A DNA stretch of 64,000 bases, from the NCBI RefSeq assembly GCF_030144855.1, contig NC_082720.1:66092001-66156000 (forward strand), read 5' to 3'. Position 1 is the first letter of the stretch, and each line of letters begins with the position of its first letter. The stretch is from Hypanus sabinus. Taxonomy: Eukaryota. Made by a program: the position numbers and the translations under genes. Shown here one piece after another: positions 12,722-25,719 of the stretch. The notes beneath the pieces are model-generated. The model had not been told where the DNA came from and searched no databases. It saw nothing but the letters and a program-made list of their open reading frames with translations.

Positions 12722-13770
12722 CAGGCATGGGCAAACTACTGCCCGGGGGCCATATGCGGCCCGTTAAGCTTTTTAATCTGGCCCACAGAACTTGATGAAA
12801 TTATATTAATAAACCTTGTTAATGTTTTTTCCCCGCAATTCTGGCGTTTTCCCAATAGATGACGCACTCTATATACATTGACCTTTGTTGAGGTGCAGCG
12901 TATTACTCCACATTTGCGCTTTACTCTTTGTTCGGCTTGACCTATTTGTGCGAACAGGCGTTCAGCGTCATGAACATCAACAAAGCCAGCCACAGATCCA
13001 AGTTAACTGACCAACACCTCAGATCCATCCTGAGAATCACCACAACAAAACTAAATCCAGACTTTGATGCGCTGGCTAAAAAGGGAGACCAACAACACTG
13101 TTCCCACTGAAATTAAAAATAAGTTTCTTCGTTGTGTTATGTAAAAAATGCATTTGAAAATATTTTTTTCAATAAGCCTTACATGTTACATGTCATTTCT
13201 GTTAAGTGATGGACATGAGTAGTGCGCAGATGCACGTACGTTCTCAAAATAAAAAAATGCACTCCAGATCAAATAACGCACTCCGCATACTGGCACGCTT
13301 TCACTGTTCTGTCCTTGTGCTGGTCGTTGTTGAGTTTTGGCACAGGGGACAATTGAGTAAGAAGGAGCAGGACAAGTAGACCAGCATCTCCTACCGTTTT
13401 TGAAATAAAGACAGTCAGGAGGAGAGTGATGATGATAATATCTTGAAGGATAACAGAATTTTCAGTGCTTTAAAATAATAACTGTTACTATTAAAAAAGC
13501 TGTATTTTATTCATTTAATTTTCAGTGTTTTAAAAGTCATTGCAATAAATAGCTAAATACCATGGGACTTCAAAGACAGATATTTTGTTGTAATGCATTT
13601 GTTCATTTTCAATTGAAATTAAAGCACGTTTTCTACATATCCCATGATATTTTATTTTCTCTTATGAGGTGTATTACCAAAACACTCCATCCATCTGCTC
13701 CTGGTCCGGCCCCCCTGTCAAATTTTAGAACCCTTTGTGGCCCACAAGTCAAAAAGTTTGCCCACCCCTG
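12722..13770 (+). mobile_element. hAT (Charlie/Buster/SPIN-like) internally deleted element retaining the transposase C-terminal dimerisation domain
   Basis: TIRs caggcatgggcaaact / agtttgcccacccctg; perfect 8-bp TSD ttctatac (12714-12721, 13771-13778); ORF 12928-13110 FGLTYLCEQAFSVMNINKASHRSKLTDQHLRSILRI. Confidence 0.93.
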
Positions 13771-14789
13771 TTCTATACCATGTGAATTATTTACATGATA
13801 TGTATAAATACATCCAAGAGCTAAACCTGGAGGCACATTTTTATAACAGCACAGTGCAAGAGGCAATGTAAGAGGAATTGTTGCCAAAACAAACACAACA
13901 GCAACTCATGCAGAGCGAATATTAACCCCAATGCAGAGCCATGTGGTACTGAGCACTGAAGTGCTGTGCACCAGAAAATCACACTTTCAGAGTGGATTAC
14001 AGGTTACCTCAGAGCAAACCAAAATTACCAGTGGGCACTTCCTATCAGGAATCCCTGATTCCTATGGCAGACACACTTCGGAAAATAAGACCCCCGTGTC
14101 AGAAGAATGACTATCAATGGGTAATCCTAGAGCAAATGGATCGCTACAACAGACTGGGGGACTGATAGTCAATCCAAGCAAGGTACAGCCCTTCTTTATA
14201 CTCCTCCCAATGCTCACAATGGTAACAATATACCTATTAATCAACACTCAACCTCTGCATCAATCCAGTCCAAAATCTCCAAAGACATTATCACCATATC
14301 ATGAAAACAAGATTTTTACAGATGCTGGAAATTCATTGTAAAGCATCCACAAAATGCTGGAGGAACTCAGCAAGTCAGGTAGCTTCTATATTGTAGAATA
14401 AATAGTCAATGCTTTGAGCCAAGATGCTTCATTAGGCCTGAAAAGTAAGGGGGAAGAAGCAAGAATAAGAACAGACGTGAAGGTGGCTACAAGGTGGCTT
14501 TTGAGAGGTGAAATGAGGTGAGGGGTCAATGTGGGAGCTTGGGGGAGAGGAGGTAGGTAGAAGAAGGAAAAGTATGAAGCAGAAAGAATTTTGATAGAGA
14601 GAACAGAGAACCATGGGGATAAAGGAAGGGAGATGAGTACCAGAGGTAGGAAATAGGCTAGTGAGGAGAAGAGAAGGGATAAGAAAGGAGCTAGAATGAG
14701 GAATGGAAAAAATAGAGAAGTGGGAGAAGAGAGAAATTATTCCCACCCTGATAGTCCTGGTCCCAAATTAAACTGGACCCTAATCCCAC

Positions 14790-16262
14790 TAATGTATCTC
14801 TTACCAACTTTTCAAAAGATGTGCACGTCACAACAGCAGGTGCGTTTTCAGACATTTTACATCTCTCCCTCTCCCAGTGTAGAGTGTCCTCCTGTTTCAA
14901 ACCATCCATCATTGTTCCTGTACATAAGACCAAGGTAACATGTCTGAATGACTGACGTCCTGTTGCACTCACCTCAATAATAAGCAATTTTTTTTGAGAG
15001 GCTGGTCAAGGACTACAGCTACAGCATGCTATGACCTACACTGGACCCCCTCAGTTCACCTACCAACACAACCAAATGACAGATGACACAATAAACACAG
15101 CTCTACACACTGTCCTTATACAGTTGGAGAAGAGGGATGCTTATGTGAGAATGCTGTTCTTGGATTATAGTTCAGCATTCAACAACATAATTCCTTCTAG
15201 GCTCGGCAAGAAGCTCAGAGACCTCAGCCTTCAGTCTACCTTATGCAGCTGGATCCTGGACTTTCTGTCAGATCGCCAACAGGTGGTAAGAGCAGGCTCC
15301 TCCACCTCTGCTCCTCTAACTCTGAACACAGGAGCCCCTCAGGGTTGTGTCCTAAGCCCCCTTCCTTACTCTTTGTGTTCTCATGACTTTGTCACCACCT
15401 ATAGCTCCAATCTGCTAATTAAATTTGCTGATGATACTACACTGACTGGCCTTATCTCAATTAATAATAAGGCGGCCAGCAGAGATGAACTCATTACCAT
15501 GACACAGTGATATCAAGAAAACAACTTCTCCCTCAATGTCGTAAAAACATAAGAGCTGGTTGTGGATTACAGGAGGAATGGAGACAGGCTAACCCCTATT
15601 GGCATTAATGGATCTGGGGTTGAGAGGGTGAACAGCTTTGAGTTCCTTGACATACACATCACCGAGAATGTCACTTGGTGTGTACATATTAGCTGTATGG
15701 TGAAAAAAAGCACACAGCGCCTTTCACCTCAGATGGTTGAAGAAATTTGGCATGCATCCCCAAATACTAAGGACTTTCTACAGGAGCACAATTGAGAGCA
15801 TCCTGATTGGCTGCATCGCTGCTTGTTATGGGAACTTTACTTCCCTCAATCACAGAACTCTACAGAGAGTGGTGTAGACAGCCCAGTGCATCTGTACATG
15901 TGAACTTACCACTATTCAGGACATTTACAAAGACAGGTGTGTAAAAAGGGCTCAGAGGATCATTGGGGATCTGATTCACCCCAAATACAAACTGTTCAAG
16001 CTGGTACCATCCAGGAAACGGTACTACAGCATAAAAGCCAGGACCAACAATTTTCAGGACAGCTTGTTTCAACAGACATCAGTCTGACTAATTCACACTG
16101 ATACAATTGTATTACTATGCTATACTGGCTGTACCTTTGTACATATTATTTATTACAAATTACTATAAATTGAACATTGTATGTTTAGACAGAGATGTAA
16201 AGATTTTTTCTCCTCATGTATATGAAGGATGTAAGAAACAAAGTCAATTCAAATCAATTCAA
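14790..16262 (+). mobile_element. Rex1/Babar-type LINE fragment
   Basis: ORF 15031-15510 YVRMLFLDYSSAFN..TGAPQGCVLSP..KFADD; (aattc)n tail. Confidence 0.88.
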
Positions 16263-16544
16263 TTCCTATAATTCCATTGCAATCACCCTCCATAACTTTC
16301 TTCTCTTCCTCTCCCTGTCCAACTTGTCAACCATAATCTTCACCTCTCAATCATTGGCCACTTATCTCAACCTCAATCTTACCTCAAGATACAAGCCTCA
16401 TGCCACTGATTTGATGTGATCTATATCCATGGGCACTCTGAGTGCCCACATAAGCTTGGTTACCAGTGGCACTTTACAAACCCATACCCAATGGACCACC
16501 ACAAACACTTCTGGCATGGCATACCCATGGCCAACCTGCATGGT

Positions 16545-16810
16545 AACATGTGGATAGTGCACTATCAGGGTTCAAATCCTACTGCTGTCTGTAGGGGGTT
16601 GGTACATTCTCCCTGTGACCACATGGGTTTCTCCAGGTGCAGTTTTCTCCCATTTTCCAAAGTCGTAACAGTTAGGGTTAGTAAATTGTGCCATGCTACA
16701 ATGGCATCAGAAACATGCCAGCACATCATCAAATGTTTTGGTTGTTGCCAAAAAACACATTTCACTTCAAGCTTTGATGTACATGTGAAAAATAAAGCTA
16801 ATTTTTAGCC
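16545..16810 (+). mobile_element. tRNA-derived SINE-like repeat (related copies about 22305-22605 and 60175-60465)
   Basis: ggttcaaatcc B-box-like segment followed by the shared core ttctccc..tgaccacatgggtttctcc..gggttagtaagttgt. Confidence 0.7.
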
Positions 16811-17649
16811 TTAAAGCAAGCACAGTATTGTTGGCCAAGTGTTGTGATGGTCATCTGCCCCATTACTGGAGCTACCAGATTATGGTTTCTTCAACTTTAA
16901 TCTGATGTAATGAAGGCATAAGAGACTGAAGATGCTGGAATCAATCTGACATGGGTTTTCAACCAGAAATGCCAACAGTTCATTTCCTTCCATAGCTGCT
17001 GCTTGACCAATTGAGATTCTCCAGCAGATTGTTTGTTGTTCAACAAAACTTAATCTGAATGAAACCATATGTAGTAGAAAGGAAGTATTTTAATTTACAA
17101 TTCAAAATACAAGGTATTTTTTTAGGTGTTGTAAATGCAGAGGAACACATACAAAATGCTGGAGGAACTCAGCAGGTCAGCCAGTGTCTATGGAGAGGAA
17201 TAAATTGTTGATGTTACATGCCATGACCCTTCATCAGGACTGGAAAGGAAGCCAGAATAAGAAGGGAGAGAGCACGAAAGGAGTGCAAGCTAGCAAGTGA
17301 TAGATGAAACTAGGTGAAGGGGAAGATAGATGAGTGAAGTGAGTGGGGGGAGCTGGATGAAGTGAGAAGCTGTTAGGTGATAGGTGAAAAAGGTCAAGGG
17401 CTGAAGAAGAATTCAAGATTCAAGATTGTTAATTGCCTTTCTTTAATACATGAGTCTGAAGGCAAACTCGATCCCACTCCATGTTGACAAATACAGTACT
17501 GTGTAAAAGTCATCTGCACCTTATCTCTAGATATGTGTCTACAAACATTGCACAGTACTGTACATAGACTTATTCTATTACATATTGTGCTTGGGGGTCT
17601 GAAGTGCACTGAGGAAATGCTCTTACAAGCATTTGATTATGTAAACTTG

Positions 17650-18230
17650 CAACAGTATGTAGATATAACCACTCACAGTTTTGCTCAGCTCCTGTGTATA
17701 TAGGCTGAATTTATAAGTCATTGCTACTCAAGTGAGCATGTATTGATGCTTAGTACTGGGCAGCTTCTGCAAACCAATTATTTCTAGCTTTCTGGCCAGG
17801 CAGTATGTTACGATGGTTCTGAGTAATATCACTTTCTTTCATTCCCCCACACCAATGATCTATTTCTGTACACATACAGCAAGTTCTGCTTTCCCTTGTA
17901 AGCTCAATGCTTACCCAACACCCACAATGAGCTAGAATGATCCTTTGTGGAGTGTGAAGTTACAATAAACATTTTATACTTTGACTTATCCCACCAGTAG
18001 TGGCTTCACTTGAAAACCAAAGACTATTCTTGTCACCCAAGGTAAAGTATTTTGGGTGGAACCTCCATTCTGCTGGGGTGCTGGTAAATATTAACCACAG
18101 TAAGAGCCAAAGGTCATCCTGAGCTTCACAACAAAGGTGTATATTTTATTTGAGCATACACAACCTTAATATTGGCATCATAAATAATGTCATCATCTTC
18201 AATACTACGTAAATTATTATAGATAAACAC
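17650..18230. repeat. Copy 2 of the duplicated segment (see 11770-12340)
   Basis: Colinear similarity to copy 1. Confidence 0.75.
18126..18204 (-). pseudogene. Candidate orphan terminal cytoplasmic exon IEDDDIIYDANIKVVYAQIKYTPLL* with an ITIM-like VVYAQI
   Basis: acgtAG acceptor; near-identity to the VIYAQI motif of the + gene; upstream exons not found. Confidence 0.4.
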
Positions 18231-18269
18231 ATTTGAGAATCTAGATGGTAGGCCATCAGGTTCTACCTG

Positions 18270-19560
18270 TTCTTGTTCCCTTTATCTCCTAATGCCTTGC
18301 CCTATTTTACTCGGTGCTTGCCCAATCCCATCCCACTTATGTCCAGGACACCTTGCATGCTCTCCATCATTTTTCCAATTTTCTGACCCACACCTCTTCA
18401 TCTTTAACATGGAGGTACATTCTCTGCACACTTCCATTCCCCATCAGGAAGGCTCTCGGGTTTTCCATTTCTTTCTAGAATATAGATTCAACTGGTCCTC
18501 TTCCACTAATGCTTTCCTCCATGTGGTGGAACTTGTTCTTCTTCTGAACAAATTTGCTTTTATTTCTTTCATTTTCTATAAATCAAAGGTATACCCATAG
18601 GTATTTGCATAGGTCCTTGCTATGTCTGCCATTTTGTTGGCTACATGGAGCAGCATTTGTTGTAAAATTTATTTTGCATCACTTGGCAACTCTTTCTCTC
18701 CTATATCAACAACTCTTCCTGAAACTGTGTGAAACTTATCAATTTCATCAGCTACTGACTTTCACCTACTCTCATATTCACTTGGACTAATTCCAACAAC
18801 TCTCTCCCCTTTCCTTATCTCTGTCTCCATCTCAGGACATTTACTATAAATCCACTGACTCCCATAGTTGCCAATTACATCTCCTCCCCTTCCTTCAGTT
18901 TCACCATCTCTGCTGAATCTGCTCTTGAGATGAGCCTTCAACTCCAGGACATTTGAGATTTTCTCCTTTTTGAAGAAATGTTACTTCCCCCTCACTCAGA
19001 CAGTTGCATCATCTCCTCCATTTACCACACTTCTGCTCTCACTTTCTCTCCCACAACAGGACATTGATAGAGTTCTCTTCATCATTAATTTTCACCCAGC
19101 CCATATCCACAACCAGGACATTATTGTTTGACAATTCCACCAGGTACAGCATGATCCCACCACCAGTCATAACTTCCTTTTTCCTATCATTTCTGTTTTT
19201 GCTCAGAGCCATTCTCTCCCTGATCAGCTCATAACTTCTCTCCCTACACCTCCTCTGTCACCTCCACTCAAGGACTTTAACAACTCCTAGAGTCAGTCAG
19301 AGATTCATACGCATTCCTTTCAACCTCATCTTTTGTATTGGGAACTTTTGATGTGAACTCCCCTATATCATTGAGACCAAGCACAGACTAAGGAACCACT
19401 TTTCTGAGCACCCGTGTTCGGTCAACAATGGTCACTGTGAGCTTGCAGATGCAAGTTATTTTAATTCTCCCTCCCATTCCCTTATGGTCCTCTCTGTCCT
19501 CAACCTCTTGCGCAGCCAAGGCGAGGTCAAATGTGAACTGGAAGATCAGCACATCATATT
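18270..19560 (+). mobile_element. Degraded Penelope-like element (RT plus GIY-YIG relics)
   Basis: ORF 18292-18600 FIFNMEVHSLHTSIPHQEG..VELVLLLNKFAF resembles Penelope RT. Confidence 0.7.
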
Positions 19561-21031
19561 TCATCAGGATGGTCTACTGCCAATGTCATGAACATTGTGT
19601 CAACATCTCTGAAGATCTATCCTGGGTCCAATATATTGATACACTCCTGACGAAGGCTCACCAAGAATTATATTCCATTTGGAGTTTGTGAAGATTTAGT
19701 GTGTTACCAAAGGCTCTAGGAAATGTCTACAGATGTATCATGGAGAGCATTCTAACTGGTTGCATAAATGTCTGGTTTGAGGAGCCACTGCACAGAATTG
19801 GAAAAAGAGTTGCAGACGGTTGTAAGCTCAGCCAGCCCTATCATAGACACTAGCCCACCATCAAGAACATCTTCAAAAGGGGATGCCTCAAAAAAGGTGG
19901 TGTCTATTATTAAGACCCTCAACATTATTTGAAACAGCTTTTATCCTTCTACCATCAGATTTCATAAACCCATTCATAAACCCATAAACAGTACCTCATG
20001 ACTTCTGCTCTCATTTTGCACGGCTGATTTAATTTTTTAATATACTCTATATATTTCTTATTGTAATTTTTAGGATATTTTATGTAATGCATTATACTGC
20101 TGCCGCAAAGTAAGAACTTTCACGACAGATGTCAGAGATAATAAACCTGATTCTAGGACCAAAGAGCACAGCCTCAGAATACAAGGACATCCCTTTTGAA
20201 CAGAAATGAAGATGAATATCTTTAGCCAGAGGATGTTGAATCCGTGGAATTAATTACCACAGGTTTCTATGGAGGCTAAGTCAGTGGGTGTATTTGAAGC
20301 AGAGGTTGGTAGCTTTTTGGTTCATCAGGATATCAAATGTTATGAGGAGAAAGCAAAAGATTGGGGTCAAGAGGGATAATAAATCAGACATGATGGAATG
20401 GTAGAGCACGCATTGAGCTGAATGGCTTAATTCTGTTTCTATGTATTATGGACTTACAGTCTTACAAATTTCTCTGATTTCAGGCAACTAACTCCAGGTC
20501 TGTTACTTCCTTTGTCTGATCTACTAAGTTCCACTCAAAATGGCCTCCTGCTTTCCAACATCCCATGCCCCCTATCATTCAGCTTCTTTACTCTTCCCCA
20601 CTTAGTCCATCTGCCTGTCACTGACACCTCCCCACACTATCCCTAATGCCAGGCCCCATCCCTCCCTTTCTTTCTCATTGGATAACAGGGTCTGATGTAT
20701 TAGTTATCTCCTCGTCTGGCTTCTGTCAGTTTTCTGAGGATCTGATGTTGAAGTCTTGGAACACCACAGCAGTTCTGCCTTCACATGGATCCCACTGCAG
20801 CCATGCTACTCCTGCGTGAAGAAAGGCTGGAGTAATTCATTGTTGCTTGATCCTCCGTGGAGCTGAGATTCTGGAGATGGTCCCTCGTAGTTTGTCAATT
20901 TGCAGGAGGTGTATATTTTGCATGGGGCGGCCTGGAACCAAGTCTGATGCAGGATTGAAACAGGCACAAAGAATAATCTGCCTCTGAAATTATTTATGTA
21001 TTTTTGCAGGGTAAAGGGCTGAATTTGCGAA

Positions 21032-21119
21032 ATGTGTCTGCAATTGCTCCACAGCAAAATACCCATTGGTTTGATGTTCAGTTTCCTTGTTGTTCTACTT
21101 CCATCTGTTACCCCAGGAA
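21032..21119 (+). CDS. Signal-peptide exon MCLQLLHSKIPIGLMFSFLVVLLPSVTPG
   Basis: Hydrophobic core LMFSFLVVLL; phase-1 donor GGAA|GTAAGT; upstream acceptor tttttgcAG at 21009. Confidence 0.75.
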
Positions 21120-23288
21120 GTAAGTGTCATGTTTCTACTAATCAAAATGACCTTCTTTGACTGCACCAGAGTCTTTCATGAAATCACCTTCTAGTGTCCC
21201 ACATGTCAGTAAGACTTTAAATCCATCTTACTCCTCCTTTAAATGGGAAGTGTATGTTCCCATTCAGAGTGTAGCCTTCAGTAATGTAAGATGGTTTAAG
21301 ATCTATCTTTAAGAATGTGCTTTATTTGTCATCCATACATTAAAACATAGAGTGCAATGCATCGTTTTGTGTCAACAACCAACACAGTCCAATGATTGTG
21401 CTAGGGGCTGCCTGCAAGTGTCGCCACAATTCCAAAGCCACCGTAGCATTCTCACAACTCACTAACCATAACAATATGTCCTTGGAATGTGGGACAAAAC
21501 CAGAGCACTAGGTGAAAATCCACACGGTCTCAGGGAAAGCATACAAACTCCATACAGATAAGCAAACTCCAAATGGAGATCTCTGGAGTGGTAAAGTGAT
21601 TGTGCTAATCATTATGCTTCTGTGTTGTTCAGTTACTCCAATTTGCTGCCCAAAACATCTTGATCCCAATTAAGCATCAGCTCAACTCCTAAATCTATGG
21701 CTTTGTCTCTGGAAGCATCCACCTGTCTTATGATTCTTGAATAAAATAATGTTCTTTCCAACAAAGGGATGACACATGTTGAATAATCACATTTGCTCAA
21801 AAGAGCGTAAGAAAATGGGATCAGGTGGAAACCATTTATTTCCTCAAGCTGCTATACCATTTAATGATCATGACTAATCCAGAATTATTCAATTCCACCT
21901 ATCCGTCCTTGCCTTTCCTCCAAGAGGACCACAAACTTCTTCTAGTTCTTGGAGGCTTGTGTGCCTCAATGACCCGGACAGCTATGTAGGCCAGTGTCAG
22001 GGCTTTATGCTTTGGCTTTTGGTAGATTCATCCATGGATGAATGATTTATGTTTCATGAATGATTCAGCCATTTAGGTCAAAGGAACCCTGAACACTTCC
22101 CGAGACAGAGGACCTTCATTGCTGCCCTAAAAGCTAGCAGCCTAATGGACTCTAGAGTAGAGAGAGCTCTTGCCTTATATCACTTGATTGCTGGATTGAT
22201 TAAATATCTATTCATCACTTCCAAAATATGTGCCAGGTGTCAGCCCTTACAGCATCCTGGGAAAAGAAATTCGAAAGTCTCCGATACTTGTATTTTCTAA
22301 GTTTGGGACAGCTTTTAACGGTTAGCACAGTACGTTACAGCACCAGGTGTACAACTGATTCTGGTGAAGTCCACTCTGCTGTCTGTATGGAGTTTGCCCC
22401 TGTGGCCGCATACATTTCCTACTGATGCACTGGTTTCCCCCCACATTCCCCAAAGACATATAGGTTAGGGTTAGTAAGTTGTAGGCATGTTATGTTGGTG
22501 ACATTTGCACGCTCCCCTGCAGCATATCCCCGATGCAAGCTATGTGTTTCACTATACGTTTCAATGTACACGTGACAAGGAAAGTTAATATTTAAATCTT
22601 AGCGTGAGTCACAGATAAGGCAATTTATCCAAAACATTAAATCTCAAAAAAAACAATTTAAATGGCTTCTATACTTGTATTGAAGTTACCTGATAATTCG
22701 GATCTAAAAGAACCATCCAATGAAAGGCAGCAATGGCCAACTGACTGACTGAGGCCACTCACCAGAGGCCACTTTGACTTATCCAACTCCATCAGTGTAA
22801 AAGGCATTTGTTACCTTCACAGATAAAGCAAAGTGACCTTCATGAGAGACTGTGTAAAGGTCCCTTGAACTTGTTTTTGTCTGTCATGTATCTTCAAATG
22901 AGGTCAGCAGACTGATCATCACCCATTTCATAAATTCTCAGCTGGCAACAATATGCTCCAAATCCAGCCTCACTGTGTCCTGCACCAATCCTCTGGCTAG
23001 TTTCTGGTCATCGTAGACCAGGAGTCACCAGAATATGTGGAACCTATAGCTTTGTGTCCCAGAATAAAATTATCTCTGTTTTTTTTTAAATTAATATTTT
23101 GTCACAATGACAAACATAATAGGGGTTCTAAAATTAGACATATGATCATTTAGTTTATAACAAGTCACCACTAAACTGGAGCCAAAATGATTAGCTGACT
23201 ATAATAAGAACATAGTATTAAATTCTAATATTATTCATCATATTGTGGATTTGTGATACCATTTTAATATTGTTACTAATTTTGACAG

Positions 23289-23620
23289 GAAGCCCCGATC
23301 ATATCTACTTCTCAAATTCTGCTAATGAAATTAAGGACCAGACAATCCTGAAAATGGTGTTCATGTGTTGAAATGGAAGCCACACTCAGGGCAACATACT
23401 CAGAAGCTGGTAACTTTCTCCAGAAGTAAATTGGGCAGGTGGACAGCAGACTGCAATGATCACTTAGAAAACATTCACTTATACAGGGCCATACGTACTT
23501 ATCGTTCCATAAGTACAAGAATATTACATCTCAGATTTGGCTTTGCGGGATTGTACACCTTGTTTCAGCTGCAACCACTGAAGAAAATTGTGAAAGAATA
23601 TGAAGTATTTGGACTCAAAG
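23289..23620 (+). pseudogene. Ig domain D1 exon (Cys-less V-type), net -1 frameshift near 23330-23337
   Basis: tttgacAG / AAAG|GTGAGT; 332 nt (not a multiple of 3); IYF../KGPDNP..LKWKPHSGQ..FAGLYTL..EVFGLK; clear paralogue of 39014-39355; uncorrected stop at 23369-23371. Confidence 0.85.
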
Positions 23621-23713
23621 GTGAGTGAGAAGGTGTCTGGGCAAAATGTGGCAGTGCGATTGAATGCAAATAAGTAAATCAGAGAAGTTACCTGGATCAT
23701 GTAATTTTTACAT

Positions 23714-24585
23714 TGCTACAGATTCAGGCAACAATAAATATATGAGTTAGGCAAGTGTTTTTATAACAAATAACACATTTATTAAACACTGAAAACAAAC
23801 CCCCCAAAAATAAACAAATCACTAACATAACCGGAAATCAGCTGCTGTGTGGCAGCTTAAACAGTTCTTAAAGCAAGGAAGCTTAACCAGTTCTTAAAGC
23901 GACGTTGCGAAAACAGTTCTTTAAAGTAGTATTGCCAAAAGTTCAAAATGCTCACAGTCCATTTAAGGGAGAGACTTTTTAAGATGATTTAAATTCTCTT
24001 TCATGTTGTGTTGCTTCAGTTCCCAAATCAAACTTTTTCCCACGAAGAATTCACGAAACGAAACGGCTTAAAGGCACTGACCTTTCCTTTACCACACTAT
24101 CCTCAATCCTTTCTGCTATTTTGCAGGGATTAACATGAGAACAGTCAACGAATTCCTTCCGAATAAGGATCAAACATGGTCGAACCGGTTTCACCGTCGA
24201 AATCGATTCTCCTCGATCTTTAACTCCCGAACTCCGATCTTCACTCTCCACTGATTCTCAACTAGCAGTATTGTAAAGAAACTGCTGGCAATGACCTTTT
24301 AAACTTTAGGCATTAGATAAAACTTCATCTTTCAACTAAACTGCATCATCACATTAAATCATGCAGTGGCATGAAGTCAACATGGCAAATCCAGCCACGA
24401 ACTGCCCCTCCTCACAGGGAGGGGTCTTCCTTGTATACCCTGTAAAAAAAACCTGTCACATGACCTCTACTGGTGGGAAAATGACGTCACTCCACCCTCA
24501 CAAGACCATTACCTCAAGTCCAGTATAGCTTTAACCTCAGTCACGTGACAAGTACACTACTGTCACGTGTCACGAGTACATAACA
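23714..24585 (-). mobile_element. Solo LTR-like element, antisense in the intron after D1
   Basis: TG...CA termini flanked by a CAT direct repeat, AATAAA on the minus strand (23778-23783), internal short repeats, no coding remnant. Confidence 0.6.
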
Positions 24586-25719
24586 CATCAACTGCTGCAG
24601 AATGAAAATCTCATAAAAAATCTCATATTTTCCATCCTCTTACTCAACTGGTTCTATCAGCCCATCATCCCCTCCCCATGTGGTTCCACCTGTCACCTAC
24701 CAGACTCTTTCCCAGCATAACCAAATTCCACTCTCCTCATCTACACCCATCAGTTTAAGATAGCAAAGCTTGAGAGAAAATACTGCAAGGCTTAATGACA
24801 TCTTTTAACCCACTGTTATTAGATTCTTGACCAGATCTTTTTTTTATTCACTCATAGATACATTCTTGAACTCCTAATCTACCTTTGTTTTTGTTTATTT
24901 AGTGATACAACATGGAACAGGCCCACCCAACTCAGCGAGCTGCACCACCTAGCAATAACCCTACCCTAATCACAGAACAATTTACGATGACCAATTAACC
25001 TACTAATCTGTACACCTTTGTACTGTGGGAGAAAACTAACATGTATCACAGAAAGAATGTACAAGCTCCTTACAAATGGTGTCAGAATTGAACTCTGAAC
25101 TCTGGCGACCTGAGCCATAATAGCATTCCACTAACTGATAGCCAGAGGGACCATTACTTTTACACAGTACTGTATTTGTCAAGTGGGACAGAGAGGGAAT
25201 TTGTAAATCTGGTGGGAGCAAAGAATGTTGAGAATGGTGAGGGTGGAGCACCACGGGAGGGGTGTTTGACAGTTAGCAGAGAAGAAATGCCAAGGGTGGG
25301 GTGGTAGCATGGTTGTCTATGAACACTCAGGGGGATACCTGAGGCACCAGACAAGGTATTTTGATTCCTGATAATTGGTATATTGATCATTACAGAATAT
25401 CTCTCTGGTGCTTCACGCTCACTCCCCTCTCCATTCTCATTTTCTCAACCATGATTCCCTTCTCCCTGCCCCTTTCCCACACTCTGTCCATAATCAAGAT
25501 CTACATCAGAAACAGGTTTATCATCACTCATATATGTCATGATTTTTTTCCACAGTAGCAGTAGATGCAATATAGAAAATTACTGACGTACTCTACAAAT
25601 GTCTTAGGCACCCTAGCTATATAAATGTGCCTAAGACTTCTGTGCAGTGCTGTAGCATTTTTATGCATTGCACTATACTGCTACTATAAAAAAACATAAA
25701 TGTCATGATATAATTTTAT

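Noticed and set aside
17998-18041. 44-nt + strand exon candidate (VVASLENQRLFLSPK), same length as the family 44-nt exon
   Set aside because: The next acceptor gives an immediate stop, the donor is absent in the duplicate copy, and no upstream ITIM exon exists; treated as coincidence.
20806-21066. 86-aa minus-strand ORF
   Set aside because: Overlaps the better supported + strand leader exon and has no recognisable domain.
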